Shown: piece by piece, positions 53,115 through 63,268 of the stretch
Numbering within the stretch: the first letter of the stretch is position 1
Layout of the letters: every line of letters starts with the position of its first letter
Assembly (NCBI GenBank): GCA_030593145.1
Contig: JAUVHU010000002.1
Span: 8,238 to 72,237, forward strand
Reading direction: 5' to 3'
From: Desulfobacteraceae bacterium
Lineage (GTDB): Bacteria; Desulfobacterota; Desulfobacteria; Desulfobacterales; ETH-SRB1
DNA: 64,000 nucleotides
Notes under the pieces: model-generated
The model's input: the letters and a program-made list of their open reading frames with translations, nothing else
What the model was told of the DNA's origin: nothing
The model's database searches: none
Translations under genes and position numbers: made by a program

Positions 53115-55205
53115 GTGTTTGAAGAGATAAAAAAACGTGACAAAAGAACCGCAAAGTTTGATTCATCCAAAATTACAATGGCAGTTGCCAAGGCAGGAAA
53201 GGCTACTGGAGAATTCGGAGGCAAAGAAGCAAAAAAAATGACACTCCGGGTTTTGACTCTGGCCCATGAAATGTGTCTTGATTCCATCCCTGAAGTTGAA
53301 GAAATTCAGGATATAGTTGAAAGGGTACTCCTGGATTCTCCCTATTTTAAAACTGCCAAGGCTTATATATTATACAGGGAACAACATGCTCAAATCAGAA
53401 ATATCGTAGCTAAAGTAAATGTTGATCTTGTTGAAACCTATATCCAGAAACTGGACTGGAAAATTAAAGAAAACAGCAATATGTGCTATTCCCTCCAAGG
53501 TCTTAACAATTACATATCGTCCGATATTACCAAAGAATACTGGCTGAACCGTATATACCCTCAGGAGTTAAGACGAGCCCATAAAGATGGTGACCTTCAT
53601 ATACATGACCTTAGCCTCCTTTCAATTTACTGTGTGGGGTGGGATCTGGAAGATATCCTCAAGCAGGGCTTCAAGGGTGTCGAAGGAAAAGTGGAAAGCG
53701 CTCCTCCAAAACATCTCAGATCGGCTCTGGGACAAATCGTTAACTTTTTTTACACATTGCAGGGTGAAGCCGCAGGCGCCCAGGCTATTTCCAACTTCGA
53801 CACACTCCTGGCCCCTTTTGTTCGATATGACAAGCTATCTTATAAAGAGGTAAAACAGGCGCTTCAGGAATTTGTCTTTAACATAAACATCCCGACACGT
53901 GTGGGTTTCCAGACTCCATTTACAAACATTACCATGGATCTTTATGTGCCCTCCATTCTTAAAGACCGTCCGGTAATCATAGGCGGAACCCAGCAAAAAG
54001 AAACATACTCTGTGTTCCAGCCTGAAATGGATTTGCTCAACAAGGCATTTGCCGAAGTAATGATGGCAGGAGATGCAAAAGGCAGGGTTTTTACATTCCC
54101 TATACCAACTTATAATATTACATCAGACTTTGACTGGAATAATCCAAATTTTGAAACAATATGGCAAATGACCGGCAAATACGGAATTCCATATTTTTCA
54201 AACTTTGTAAACTCAGATATGTCACCGGAAGATGCCAGATCTATGTGCTGCCGCCTTCGTCTTGACAACAGAGAGCTTTTAAAAAGAGGAGGCGGTCTGT
54301 TTGGAGCAAATCCCCTTACAGGATCAATCGGCGTTGTAACCATAAACCTGCCCCGCATCGGATACATGGCTGAAAACGAAAAAGACTTTTTTGAACATAT
54401 AGAAAAGACAATACTTCTCGCAAAGGAAAGCCTGGTAATTAAAAGAAAAATTCTTGAAAGATTTACAGATAAAAATCTATATCCATACACAAAATTCTAT
54501 TTAAGAGAGATTAAGAAAGGTTCCGGCCTTTACTGGAAAAATCATTTTTCAACCATCGGAATTATCGGCATGAATGAAACCTGTCTTAATTTCCTGGGCG
54601 AAAATATCGGCAGCGAACAAGGACAAACATTTTCACTTAAGGTAATGGATTTCATCCGTGACATGATTGCCGAAATACAGGAAGAAACAGGAGATCTTTT
54701 TAATCTGGAAGCTACACCGGCAGAAGGAACTTCATACCGTCTTTCGATGCTCGACAAAAAACGGTTTCCTGACATCGTCTGCGCCAATGAAGAGGACTAT
54801 AGAAAAGGATCTGCCCCGTACTATACCAATTCCACCCAACTCCCTGTAAACTATACTGATGATATTTATGAGACCCTGATGCTGCAGGATAAACTCCAGA
54901 CAAAATATACCGGCGGCACAGTGCTGCATGTTTTTTTAGGCGAGCTGGTAACCGATACAAATGCCATTAAAGGACTTATAAAAAAGGTGGCAACCAATTT
55001 CAAGCTCCCCTATTTCACACTTACACCTACTTTTAGTGTATGTTCATCTCATGGCTATCTTAACGGAAAACAGGAAAAATGTCCTAAATGCAACCAGGAA
55101 ACAGAAGTCTATTCACGGGTTGTTGGATATCTTAGACCTGTCAAACAATGGAATAACGGCAAACAATCAGAATTTGCAATGAGAAAAACATTCAAGGTAG
55201 CATAG
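53115..55205 (+). CDS. nrdD: Anaerobic ribonucleoside-triphosphate reductase (class III)
   Basis: GTG start after gaggtga. N-terminal ATP-cone. C-terminal Cys cluster CSSHG...CPKC followed by the glycyl-radical motif SRVVGYLRPV. Confidence 0.95.
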   Translation: MFEEIKKRDKRTAKFDSSKITMAVAKAGKATGEFGGKEAKKMTLRVLTLAHEMCLDSIPEVEEIQDIVERVLLDSPYFKTAKAYILYREQHAQIRNIVAKVNVDLVETYIQKLDWKIKENSNMCYSLQGLNNYISSDITKEYWLNRIYPQELRRAHKDGDLHIHDLSLLSIYCVGWDLEDILKQGFKGVEGKVESAPPKHLRSALGQIVNFFYTLQGEAAGAQAISNFDTLLAPFVRYDKLSYKEVKQALQEFVFNINIPTRVGFQTPFTNITMDLYVPSILKDRPVIIGGTQQKETYSVFQPEMDLLNKAFAEVMMAGDAKGRVFTFPIPTYNITSDFDWNNPNFETIWQMTGKYGIPYFSNFVNSDMSPEDARSMCCRLRLDNRELLKRGGGLFGANPLTGSIGVVTINLPRIGYMAENEKDFFEHIEKTILLAKESLVIKRKILERFTDKNLYPYTKFYLREIKKGSGLYWKNHFSTIGIIGMNETCLNFLGENIGSEQGQTFSLKVMDFIRDMIAEIQEETGDLFNLEATPAEGTSYRLSMLDKKRFPDIVCANEEDYRKGSAPYYTNSTQLPVNYTDDIYETLMLQDKLQTKYTGGTVLHVFLGELVTDTNAIKGLIKKVATNFKLPYFTLTPTFSVCSSHGYLNGKQEKCPKCNQETEVYSRVVGYLRPVKQWNNGKQSEFAMRKTFKVA

Positions 55206-55222
55206 TACAGGAAAACAACTCT

Positions 55223-55915
55223 ATGGTATTTGGTGGTTTACAAAAAAATTCTCTTATCGATTACCCGGGCAAGGTAAGTTGTGTGCTTTTTCTTTCAGGA
55301 TGTAATTTTGACTGTCCTTATTGCCACAATCCGGACCTTGCAAAGAACAACATCCATCCTATGTTAAATGAAAACAGTGTCTATGATTTCCTTGAAAGGC
55401 GTAAGGTTTTTTTAGACGGTGTGGTTATTTCAGGGGGAGAACCGACACTTCAAAAAGATCTTATAAGCCTGTGTGAAAAGACAAAACAGATGGGGTATCC
55501 GGTAAAAATTGATACAAACGGAAGCCGGCCTCATGTAATAAAGAAACTCATAGATGAAGGCCTTGTCGATTACATAGCAATGGACATAAAAACAGATCCT
55601 TTAAACTACTCCCCATTAATCCAAAAAAAATCCGATCCAAACAACATAATTTCGAGCATCCGGATCATCATGGAATCGAATATAGATTATGAATTCAGGA
55701 CTACATGTATAAAGCCATTGGTAGATGCCAACGTTATTGACAGCATCTCCCAGCTCATAAGCGGTTCAATGCTCTACGCCCTTCAACGGTTTAACGGCGC
55801 CAGGGTGCTACATCCAAAGTTTTTTCAGAAAAATGAATGCGATTATAATAACGATGAACTCATGCATTTTAAATCCATAGCAAAACCATGGGTAAAAAAA
55901 TGCATCGTTCGCTGA
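55223..55915 (+). CDS. nrdG: Anaerobic ribonucleotide reductase activating protein (radical SAM)
   Basis: CNFDCPYCHN radical-SAM cluster and GGEPTL. It lies immediately downstream of nrdD. Confidence 0.9.
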   Translation: MVFGGLQKNSLIDYPGKVSCVLFLSGCNFDCPYCHNPDLAKNNIHPMLNENSVYDFLERRKVFLDGVVISGGEPTLQKDLISLCEKTKQMGYPVKIDTNGSRPHVIKKLIDEGLVDYIAMDIKTDPLNYSPLIQKKSDPNNIISSIRIIMESNIDYEFRTTCIKPLVDANVIDSISQLISGSMLYALQRFNGARVLHPKFFQKNECDYNNDELMHFKSIAKPWVKKCIVR

Positions 55916-56002
55916 CCACTCAAATAACCAAAGCCTTCCATCCTGCATCTTGACATTACCCTTGTTTTTTCGTAATATTTTACTTTTTTAAACAAATTCA
56001 TA

Positions 56003-56848
56003 ATGCAAAAATATCACGCTAAAAGATGTATAATACTTGCTGATAAAATCCATGAGGTTTTTCAAAAAGGCTTAATTATTAGCGCTGATGTTTTGCACTA
56101 TATTGACTCAACTTTTTTAAACCCTTCCCTTGCAAAACTTGAAAAAATATTAACCGATGATTCAAACTGCGAAAAAGATTCTCTTTTATATCTAATCTTT
56201 TCCCCTGATGAATCAATGCAGATCCAGCTTGAAAACATTCTTGAAAATGAGGATTTTAATAAAGAAGACGAAAATAAAATTATAGATCTTTTTATATCGC
56301 GTAACCCGGAAACAACAATACATTTCCAGGATAACAGGGGCTCTTTAAAACTTGTAATGCCGTCTTCAATTGCGGAGCAATTTATATCACAGCTTAATAT
56401 CTCAAGAAAACTGGATAATAGACTTGTTGTCGCGATAAATAAATTTGTCTGTGATAAATTCCAGTCGCCGGTTAAGGTTAAACTGAGAAATACAGGGTTT
56501 GCGCATACTGAAAATAAAACTAACTTTATATGCTCTTTTTTTGAAAGAATAAAAACCGAAAGTAACGATTTCGCGGAATGCCTTGATTTTATATTAAACT
56601 TCCTCAATGAACTTCAAGACGACAGGAACATATTCCGGTCACTATCAGTGAAAAAGAAATTCTATTTTCAGAACCTCCAAAAAGCGGATATGTTCCATGA
56701 ACAGATGAATAAAAGAAATATGGAAACACTGATCCTTCAGGGAGTAAAGATTCCGCATATAAATAAAGAGGATGAAATAAAGAAGATAGCAATAATCGAT
56801 AAAATAAGCTATACTGTCTTTGGTAAAATCGACAATTCGGAGTCTTGA
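56003..56848 (+). CDS. Hypothetical protein
   Basis: 281-aa ORF whose stop overlaps the next start (ATGA at 56845). No family recognised. I judge the antisense 169-aa ORF spurious because it is Ser/Leu-rich. Confidence 0.5.
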   Translation: MQKYHAKRCIILADKIHEVFQKGLIISADVLHYIDSTFLNPSLAKLEKILTDDSNCEKDSLLYLIFSPDESMQIQLENILENEDFNKEDENKIIDLFISRNPETTIHFQDNRGSLKLVMPSSIAEQFISQLNISRKLDNRLVVAINKFVCDKFQSPVKVKLRNTGFAHTENKTNFICSFFERIKTESNDFAECLDFILNFLNELQDDRNIFRSLSVKKKFYFQNLQKADMFHEQMNKRNMETLILQGVKIPHINKEDEIKKIAIIDKISYTVFGKIDNSES

Positions 56849-57528
56849 AAATGAAGTTCAAATTATTAATAATTATCTTCTGCATTTATGCTGTTTACAA
56901 TGCAACCTCGGCGCTATGCGAAAATTATTCTGCTGATAAAGCATCTCTTACCCTGAATAAAATCATAGCCAAAGTGGAAAGCAGGTATGCTGCAAGCGGT
57001 TTTTCCGCACATTTCGATCAAACATCAACCATAAAAGCAATGGAAATAACTGATAGTGCTTCGGGCAAACTATTTATCAAACCTCCCGGCATGATGAGAT
57101 GGGAATATGAAAAACCTGATAAACAAATTATTATTTCAAACAGTAAAAAACTATGGGTTTACAGGCCGGAGGATAATCAGGTTATGATTGGAAGAGCTCC
57201 ATTTTTTTTCGGCAACGGAAAAGGGGCTGGTTTTCTTTCAGACATAAAACTTATAAAGCAAAAATTTAATATTATCCTCGAAAAAAAGAGCGCGGATAAT
57301 TTCTATACACTAAAACTTCTGCCAAGAGATAAAACTTTCGATATTTCGGTCATATATCTGTCGATTTCAAAAAACAGTTTCGATATTGTTCGAATAGTAA
57401 CATATAATTCATATGAAGATAAAACACAAATCGATCTAAAGAATATCCGCTTTAAACAGGATATTGAAAATTCCATGTTTTCTTTTAAAGTACCTAAAGG
57501 AACCGATATACTGCGTCTTGATGAGTAG
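56845..57528 (+). CDS. LolA-like outer-membrane lipoprotein carrier family protein
   Basis: 227 aa with a signal peptide. F.Q......ASGKLFIKPPGMMRWEYEKPDKQIIISNSKKLWVYRPEDNQV matches the LolA family pattern. Confidence 0.75.
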   Translation: MKMKFKLLIIIFCIYAVYNATSALCENYSADKASLTLNKIIAKVESRYAASGFSAHFDQTSTIKAMEITDSASGKLFIKPPGMMRWEYEKPDKQIIISNSKKLWVYRPEDNQVMIGRAPFFFGNGKGAGFLSDIKLIKQKFNIILEKKSADNFYTLKLLPRDKTFDISVIYLSISKNSFDIVRIVTYNSYEDKTQIDLKNIRFKQDIENSMFSFKVPKGTDILRLDE

Positions 57529-57530
57529 TG

Positions 57531-57666
57531 TCCATCCACAAATGGCATCTTTCGGCCCCTGGCGGCGTCCTCGCTTTTTTGCAATCCTCGGAATAGACAC
57601 ACTATGCCTGTGGTTGCAAAAACGCTCGAGCCTTGCCAGGAACCAAAATCTACCACTTGTGGATGA
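57531..57666. repeat. Nested-hairpin element (superfamily H) upstream of nadA
   Basis: Outer arms tccatccacaaatgg / ccacttgtggatga. Inner arms ggcccctggcggcg..cgcttttttgcaa / ttgcaaaaacgc..gccttgccaggaacc. The core is shared (inverted) with 30385-30445. Confidence 0.8.
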
Positions 57667-57700
57667 ACAAACATAGGATGGCAAAAAAAGGAACAGGAAG

Positions 57701-58597
57701 ATGAAAGAAAAGATAAAAGGACTGCTGAAAAGAAGAAATGCGATTATACTTGCGCATAATTATCAACCGCCGGAAATACAGGATCTTGCGGATCTTTGCG
57801 GAGATTCGCTGGAGTTGAGCATTAAGGCATCACTTACCGATGCTGAAACCATTCTGTTCTGCGGGGTGACGTTTATGGCGGAAACAGCTTCAATCCTGTG
57901 CCCTGAAAAAACAGTGCTCCTCCCGCGTAGAGACGCTGGATGCCCTATGGCCGACATGGTAACACCGGAACAGCTTAAAGCAAAGCTTGGTGAGCTTCCT
58001 TCCATGCCTGTTGTAACCTATGTTAATTCCTCTGCATCTGTTAAGGCCATGTCAACTATTTGCTGCACTTCCGCAAATGCCGTTCAAGTAGTAAACAGCC
58101 TGAAAGAAGAGGAAATTCTAATGATTCCTGACAGAAACCTGGCCCAATACACGGCCTCAAAAACAAATAAAAAAATCCATTTATGGGATGGATTTTGTCC
58201 TATTCACGAGAACCTTACGGCCGAAGATGTCCTGAAAGTAAAAGACAAGTATCCAGATGCTGTTTTTATGGCTCATCCTGAATGCAGGCCGGATGTGCTT
58301 GAACTGGCCGATGCGATTACAAGTACTTCCGGAATGATTAAATACGCGAAAAGGTCTGACAGATCCTCATTTATTGTGGGAACGGAAATAGGTATGATTT
58401 ATCCTTTAAAAAAAGCAAACCCTGATAAAAAGTTTTATCCGGCCTCTGAAAACATGCTGTGTCCAGACATGAAAAAGATTACCCTTGAAGATATCATAAA
58501 AAGTCTTGAGACCATGGAAGGAGAGGTTAAGGTGCCGGAACAGATCCGGCTGCCTGCCCTAAGTGCGGTTCAAAGAATGATAGATATATCTTTATAG
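57701..58597 (+). CDS. nadA: Quinolinate synthase
   Basis: 298 aa. Signature NAIILAHNYQ, three-fold repeat architecture, conserved Cys residues. Confidence 0.93.
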   Translation: MKEKIKGLLKRRNAIILAHNYQPPEIQDLADLCGDSLELSIKASLTDAETILFCGVTFMAETASILCPEKTVLLPRRDAGCPMADMVTPEQLKAKLGELPSMPVVTYVNSSASVKAMSTICCTSANAVQVVNSLKEEEILMIPDRNLAQYTASKTNKKIHLWDGFCPIHENLTAEDVLKVKDKYPDAVFMAHPECRPDVLELADAITSTSGMIKYAKRSDRSSFIVGTEIGMIYPLKKANPDKKFYPASENMLCPDMKKITLEDIIKSLETMEGEVKVPEQIRLPALSAVQRMIDISL

Positions 58598-58605
58598 TCA
58601 ACCAA

Positions 58606-59343
58606 TCAACTAACCAGTTCATCGGGAATATCGGCATTTGTGTAAGCCTTTTGCACATCTTCACAATCCTCAAAGGTTTCCATCAATTTAATCATCTGCT
58701 CCGCCTGCTTTCCTTTCAGGGACAATGTTGACTGGGGAAGCATTGTAATCTCTGCGACAAGGCATGGAATCGATGCGTTGTCTATTGCATTTTTTACCGA
58801 CTCATAATCTTTTGTCTCAATGATAATTTCAAAACCGCCATCATCTTCACGAACATCTTCCGCGCCGGCATCAATAGCGATTTCCATAAGTGTTTCCTCG
58901 TCAACAGCCTGTTTTTCAACTACTATATAGCCCTTTTTGTCGAACATCCATGAAACACATCCGTTTTCACCAAGATTCCCGCCGCCTTTGTTGAAAATAT
59001 GTCGAATATCCGCCACTGCCCTGTTTTTGTTGTCTGTCAGGGATTCAATAAGAACTGCCGCGCCTCCGGGACCGTACCCCTCATAAGTAATCTCTTCATA
59101 ATTTACACCTTCAAGCTCGCCGGTTCCTTTTTTTATTGCTCTTTCAATATTATCCTTGGGCATATTTTCACTCTTTGCGGACTGAATGGCTGTCCTTAAT
59201 CTCGGATTCGCCGAGGAATCTCCTCCTCCCATACGCGCTGCAACAGTAATCTCTTTATTAAGTCTTGAAAATATTTTCCCGCGCTTTGCATCTGCCGCGC
59301 CTTTTTTATGTTTTATACTCGACCATTTGCTGTGCCCAGACAT
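58606..59343 (-). CDS. yebC: YebC/PmpR-family DNA-binding regulator
   Basis: [28 protein letters not shown] is the diagnostic N-terminus. Confidence 0.93.
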   Translation of the reverse strand: MSGHSKWSSIKHKKGAADAKRGKIFSRLNKEITVAARMGGGDSSANPRLRTAIQSAKSENMPKDNIERAIKKGTGELEGVNYEEITYEGYGPGGAAVLIESLTDNKNRAVADIRHIFNKGGGNLGENGCVSWMFDKKGYIVVEKQAVDEETLMEIAIDAGAEDVREDDGGFEIIIETKDYESVKNAIDNASIPCLVAEITMLPQSTLSLKGKQAEQMIKLMETFEDCEDVQKAYTNADIPDELVS

Positions 59344-59457
59344 ATTATCCTCCTGTTTCTTTCTAAGACCTTTGCAAAGGTCTCAATCTACCTGTCGGCA
59401 GTAAAATGGTCGAGGAGTAACCACTCGACCATTTTACTGCTCGACCATTCGACTAAT

Positions 59458-60687
59458 TTACTTATAGAATATAAGCTGCAGTTGCCCTTTCTTAACCTCA
59501 GTAAGGTATACTTTATCCATCCCCTGGTGGTCATGCGGCCCGAAATTAATAACAGCCCCAATTCCTACATAATGTTCTTTAATAGACTCTAATGCCCTGA
59601 TAAATCCTTCCCTCGAAACATCTCGCCCTGCCCGCCTCAAGGTTTCAATCAGGATTCTGGCATTAACAAAACCTTCAAAGCCCACATAGTTTGCTTCATC
59701 CTGCGGATAATATTTGGCTAATAAACGGGAATATTGCTCGCCTGCAGGCAGGAGAATCCATTCAGTAGGCGGTGGCACAACCTGGGTGATCAAGATCCCC
59801 TCAGCCATAGCGCCAAGTTCCTGGACCAGTTTATCCGCGCCGACAAAAGAAACATTATGAAATAAAGGATTATAGTTGCCGGCCCTGGCCTTTTTTATAA
59901 ACTTAGCACAGGGGCTGTATGTCCCTATCATGATGACTGCCTCTGCTTTAGAGAGTCGAATTTTATCAAGAGCTTCATCAATTTCCATGGTTCCCCTTAC
60001 AAAGCTCCCTGTGGCTACCGGAGAAAGATTATATTTTTGCAGAGCAATCTGTGCCCCCTTAAGCCCGTCAAAACCATAGTCGTCATATTGATAAAATACC
60101 GCTATGTGACGCAGCCCTTTTTTCTCCACAAAATAACGAACAATAGCGTTGGTTTCGTGATAGTAAGATGATCTGACATTAAAAATATAATGCCGGAAAG
60201 GAAAGCGAAGCTTATCGGCTCCGCTAAAAATACCGAGAAGCGGGGTCTTGGTCTCCTCAAGAATGTCTATAATCTTCAAACTGGTTGGAGTTCCTACATA
60301 GCAAAAAAGACAAAAAACATTGTCCTTATAAATTAATCTTTTTGTGTTGGCTACACATCTTGGCGGGTCATATCCATCATCATGAGCAATCAGCTTGATT
60401 TTGCGGTGGTGAATGCCGCCATCACTGTTTATCTGCTTGATCAAACACATAGCGCCATGCAGGTATTGGGTTCCCAAAAAGCCGGCATGTCCGCCAAGAG
60501 CCAGAGATGAACCGATTACTATCTCATCGGAAGTCACCCCAGGTGCAACCGCAACTTCTGAGCGCGCCGGCTGCATTAAATCCATTTCTTCTTCCATTGG
60601 TGGCATTTCCAACCGGAGATAGCCGTAAAGGCTATAAACACCAATCCCGATTAAAAGCAAAATAAAGCCAAGCCATATCTTTTTCAA
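59458..60687 (-). CDS. Periplasmic substrate-binding protein, LivK/Peripla_BP_6-like, N-terminally anchored
   Basis: 409 aa with an N-terminal TM or signal segment. IVIGSSLALGGHAGFLG...DDGYDP... fits type I binding-protein patterns. No ABC permease or ATPase genes are adjacent. Confidence 0.75.
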   Translation of the reverse strand: MKKIWLGFILLLIGIGVYSLYGYLRLEMPPMEEEMDLMQPARSEVAVAPGVTSDEIVIGSSLALGGHAGFLGTQYLHGAMCLIKQINSDGGIHHRKIKLIAHDDGYDPPRCVANTKRLIYKDNVFCLFCYVGTPTSLKIIDILEETKTPLLGIFSGADKLRFPFRHYIFNVRSSYYHETNAIVRYFVEKKGLRHIAVFYQYDDYGFDGLKGAQIALQKYNLSPVATGSFVRGTMEIDEALDKIRLSKAEAVIMIGTYSPCAKFIKKARAGNYNPLFHNVSFVGADKLVQELGAMAEGILITQVVPPPTEWILLPAGEQYSRLLAKYYPQDEANYVGFEGFVNARILIETLRRAGRDVSREGFIRALESIKEHYVGIGAVINFGPHDHQGMDKVYLTEVKKGQLQLIFYK

Positions 60688-60743
60688 AACGTATCTTCTC
60701 CTTGTGGATCAATGTCATTAACTTAGACAATTTTATTATTAAT

Positions 60744-60802
60744 CACCACGAAGAACACGAAGGATTTTTCTTTATCTTCACGTCCTTCGTGTTCTTCGTG
60801 GT
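60744..60802. repeat. 20-bp perfect-stem hairpin built from CACGAAG words
   Basis: accacgaagaacacgaagga (60745-60764) pairs with tccttcgtgttcttcgtggt (60783-60802). Confidence 0.9.
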
Positions 60803-60870
60803 AAAAAATATCACCGTAAATACCTTCGAGTTTTTTTAAGTTAACGACATTGCCTTGTGGATAGTTGAAT

Positions 60871-60894
60871 AGTTAAGTGGTTAACCACTTAACT
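60871..60894. repeat. 24-bp perfect palindrome directly after the response-regulator stop
   Basis: agttaagtggtt|aaccacttaact. Confidence 0.9.
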
Positions 60895-60900
60895 ACTCGA

Positions 60901-61266
60901 CTATCTATTAAGAATTTCGTCTATCATATTCATTAGATTAATGGGGCTAAACGGCTTTACAAAATATCCGTTAGCGCCTGCACTTAGCCCCCTTTCCTTG
61001 TCCTCTCGTTGCCCTCTCGCTGTAAGCATAACGATATGGATATCCTTTGTGGCAGGATCTTTTTTAAGAAGCCTGCACACCTCAAAACCATCTATCCCTG
61101 GCATCATAACATCCAGCAAAATAATATCCGGTATGACCTCTCGTGCTTTCTTTAGGCCTTCTTCGCCTGACGATGCTTGCAGAATCTCAATCTCGCCTAT
61201 AGAAAGCGTAGCTTCTATCAGCATTCTTACTTTTTCCTCGTCATCGATTATCAACACTTTTTTCAT
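60901..61266 (-). CDS. Single-domain response regulator (CheY-like)
   Basis: 121 aa. Motifs: KVLIIDDEE, DIILLDVMMPGIDG, IVMLTA, YFVKPF. Confidence 0.9.
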   Translation of the reverse strand: MKKVLIIDDEEKVRMLIEATLSIGEIEILQASSGEEGLKKAREVIPDIILLDVMMPGIDGFEVCRLLKKDPATKDIHIVMLTARGQREDKERGLSAGANGYFVKPFSPINLMNMIDEILNR

Positions 61267-61344
61267 TTAAGTTTATATCCTTTCGAATGTAGCCAAATAG
61301 TTGAGCACTTGAGTAGTTAACCACTCAACCAATTCTCTGCTCAA

Positions 61345-63237
61345 CTAAAGACGAGGAATCCCAAAAGCAAAAGTTGTTCCTTTGTTGAGTTTACTTTTTA
61401 TATCTATTTTCCCATCGTGAGCTTCTATAATATATTTCACAATATACAGGCCAAGACCTGTGCCGCTAATTTTAGCTGTTTTCTTTCGCCTTACCCGATA
61501 AAACTTATCAAAAATATGGAGAAGATCCTGTTTTGATATGCCAATACCTTGATCCTGCAGACTAACCCAGACCATATCATCTCTTGTAAAAACCTTACAC
61601 AAAATATCGCCATCAAGAGTGTATTTAATCGCATTATCAAGAATGTTCTTTACAACCTGACCAATTCTCTCTTCGTCTGCGTTTACAAGAGGAAGGTTTT
61701 CTTCTATATCTGTAACAATACGATGTTGGGTATTTACTCTGGAATAAAACTCACTATTTTTCAATAAAATATCAGCTAAATCAACAGGCTTTTTTACAAA
61801 CTCAAAACTCTTTTGAGATTCTATCCGTGAAATATCTAACAGGTCATCAACAATATTGCTCAGGTGGATTGCTTCCTCATTAATAAAGCCCAAAAAATCC
61901 GTTTTTTGCCTTTCTGTCAAATCTCTCGTCAGGAGAAGTTCGCTGTATCCCATCACTGTGGTCAGGGGTGTACGAAGCTCATGAGAAGCTACGCTTAAGA
62001 AATCTGTCTTGGCTATATTGGATTTCATCAGCTCATTTTGAGTTACCACTAATTCCTGGTTAGTTTTTTCCAGAGCCTGTGTGCGTTGCCGTACTTTTTC
62101 CTCAAGGGTCTTGCTGTATTGATCTATTTTGTCCTTTGAGAGCGCCAGATCTTCAGCCATCCGATTGAAGGCTGCAGCTAAATCTCCGACCTCATCCTTA
62201 GAGTTTACAACAGCCCTTTGGGAAAGATTTCCTGCTGCCAGTTTTTTTATATCCCCTGTCAGGCGCTGGATGGGTCTAACAATGGGGTTGGCTACTTGAA
62301 AGGAGAGCAGTATTCCCATAAGAATACCCATAGCGGAGATCAGCAGCCCAAAGCGAAAGATTTCAGACAAATGTGCGTAATACTCTGTTGCGTCATAACC
62401 GATGCTTACCGCTCCTTTAAATTCACCATCGATTTTCAGCGGCATATCAAACGTATATATTTTTTGACGCGGGGACAGCCTGGTATAGATTTCCGCCCCA
62501 TTTATAATTGCCTTAACCCCCTTGTCATCGGCAATCATGCCGACTTTATCCAAATTACTGCATGCTATGATACGGCTGTTATCGTCGACAATCATGATCC
62601 GGGAAATAATCTCTGATTCCTCTGTTAGTCTGTCCACTAATCTTTGAATGTGGATCAGTTCATTTACATCCCGCATGTTTTCGATGCTGTAACTGAGCGA
62701 TTCAGCCATGATGCGGCTGTCTCTCTTTATTTGAGCGGCAAGCTGTATCTGATTTTTGGGGTGTGCGCGCAGATATTCGCGCAATTCAAAGGCAACTTCC
62801 AGCAAACCAATAAGCTCATCGCCATTTTTAAGAGGGTAAACAGCCGAATAGACCTGTTCTCCCATCTTGGTGTCAAATCCACTGACATAGTAACCATTTT
62901 GCAGTGCATTTAAAATAAGATTGGAGGATGCAACTTCACCAACCTGCTCCCTGAATGTAGCGGATGTGATTCGAGAATCAGCATCTATGACCCATACGCC
63001 AAAAATCCCTTCAGTCAGGGACAATTCTTCCACAAGCGCCTGCAGGCTTACCTTTTCGGTAATAATTTTCTGGTTTATGATGCTGATAATCAACGCACGG
63101 TTCAAGATACGGGCATTGTCCTGCATGTTGGTAAGAAGGCTCTTTCTTTCGTGCATATAGCTGGCCCAGAAAGATAGCAGCCCAATGAAGACAAGCAACG
63201 CGCACATGGCCGCTATAATCTTGACCCGTATGCTCAT
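61345..63237 (-). CDS. Sensor histidine kinase with a large extracytoplasmic double (PDC/Cache-like) domain, HAMP, HisKA and HATPase
   Basis: H-box SVASHELRTPLT, N/G boxes (NILDNAIKY, GTGLGLYIV), HAMP (RPIQRLTGDIKKLAAGNLSQR). Two TM segments flank about 290 aa. I prefer the start at ATG 63237. Confidence 0.9.
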   Translation of the reverse strand: MSIRVKIIAAMCALLVFIGLLSFWASYMHERKSLLTNMQDNARILNRALIISIINQKIITEKVSLQALVEELSLTEGIFGVWVIDADSRITSATFREQVGEVASSNLILNALQNGYYVSGFDTKMGEQVYSAVYPLKNGDELIGLLEVAFELREYLRAHPKNQIQLAAQIKRDSRIMAESLSYSIENMRDVNELIHIQRLVDRLTEESEIISRIMIVDDNSRIIACSNLDKVGMIADDKGVKAIINGAEIYTRLSPRQKIYTFDMPLKIDGEFKGAVSIGYDATEYYAHLSEIFRFGLLISAMGILMGILLSFQVANPIVRPIQRLTGDIKKLAAGNLSQRAVVNSKDEVGDLAAAFNRMAEDLALSKDKIDQYSKTLEEKVRQRTQALEKTNQELVVTQNELMKSNIAKTDFLSVASHELRTPLTTVMGYSELLLTRDLTERQKTDFLGFINEEAIHLSNIVDDLLDISRIESQKSFEFVKKPVDLADILLKNSEFYSRVNTQHRIVTDIEENLPLVNADEERIGQVVKNILDNAIKYTLDGDILCKVFTRDDMVWVSLQDQGIGISKQDLLHIFDKFYRVRRKKTAKISGTGLGLYIVKYIIEAHDGKIDIKSKLNKGTTFAFGIPRL

Positions 63238-63268
63238 GTGTTTTGGATATAGCATATATGAACTCAGC

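Noticed and set aside
57531-57700. Possible NAD+ (nadA-motif) riboswitch upstream of nadA.
   Set aside because: The region is a long symmetric hairpin. Its core recurs at unrelated loci (30385-30450, 50080-50100), so it fits the repeat superfamily rather than a gene-specific aptamer. I could not find the tandem bulged-stem pattern.
58598-58605. Convergent nadA and yebC stops only 8 bp apart, with no terminator.
   Set aside because: Tight convergent spacing is common in compact bacterial genomes. There is nothing further to support a special mechanism.
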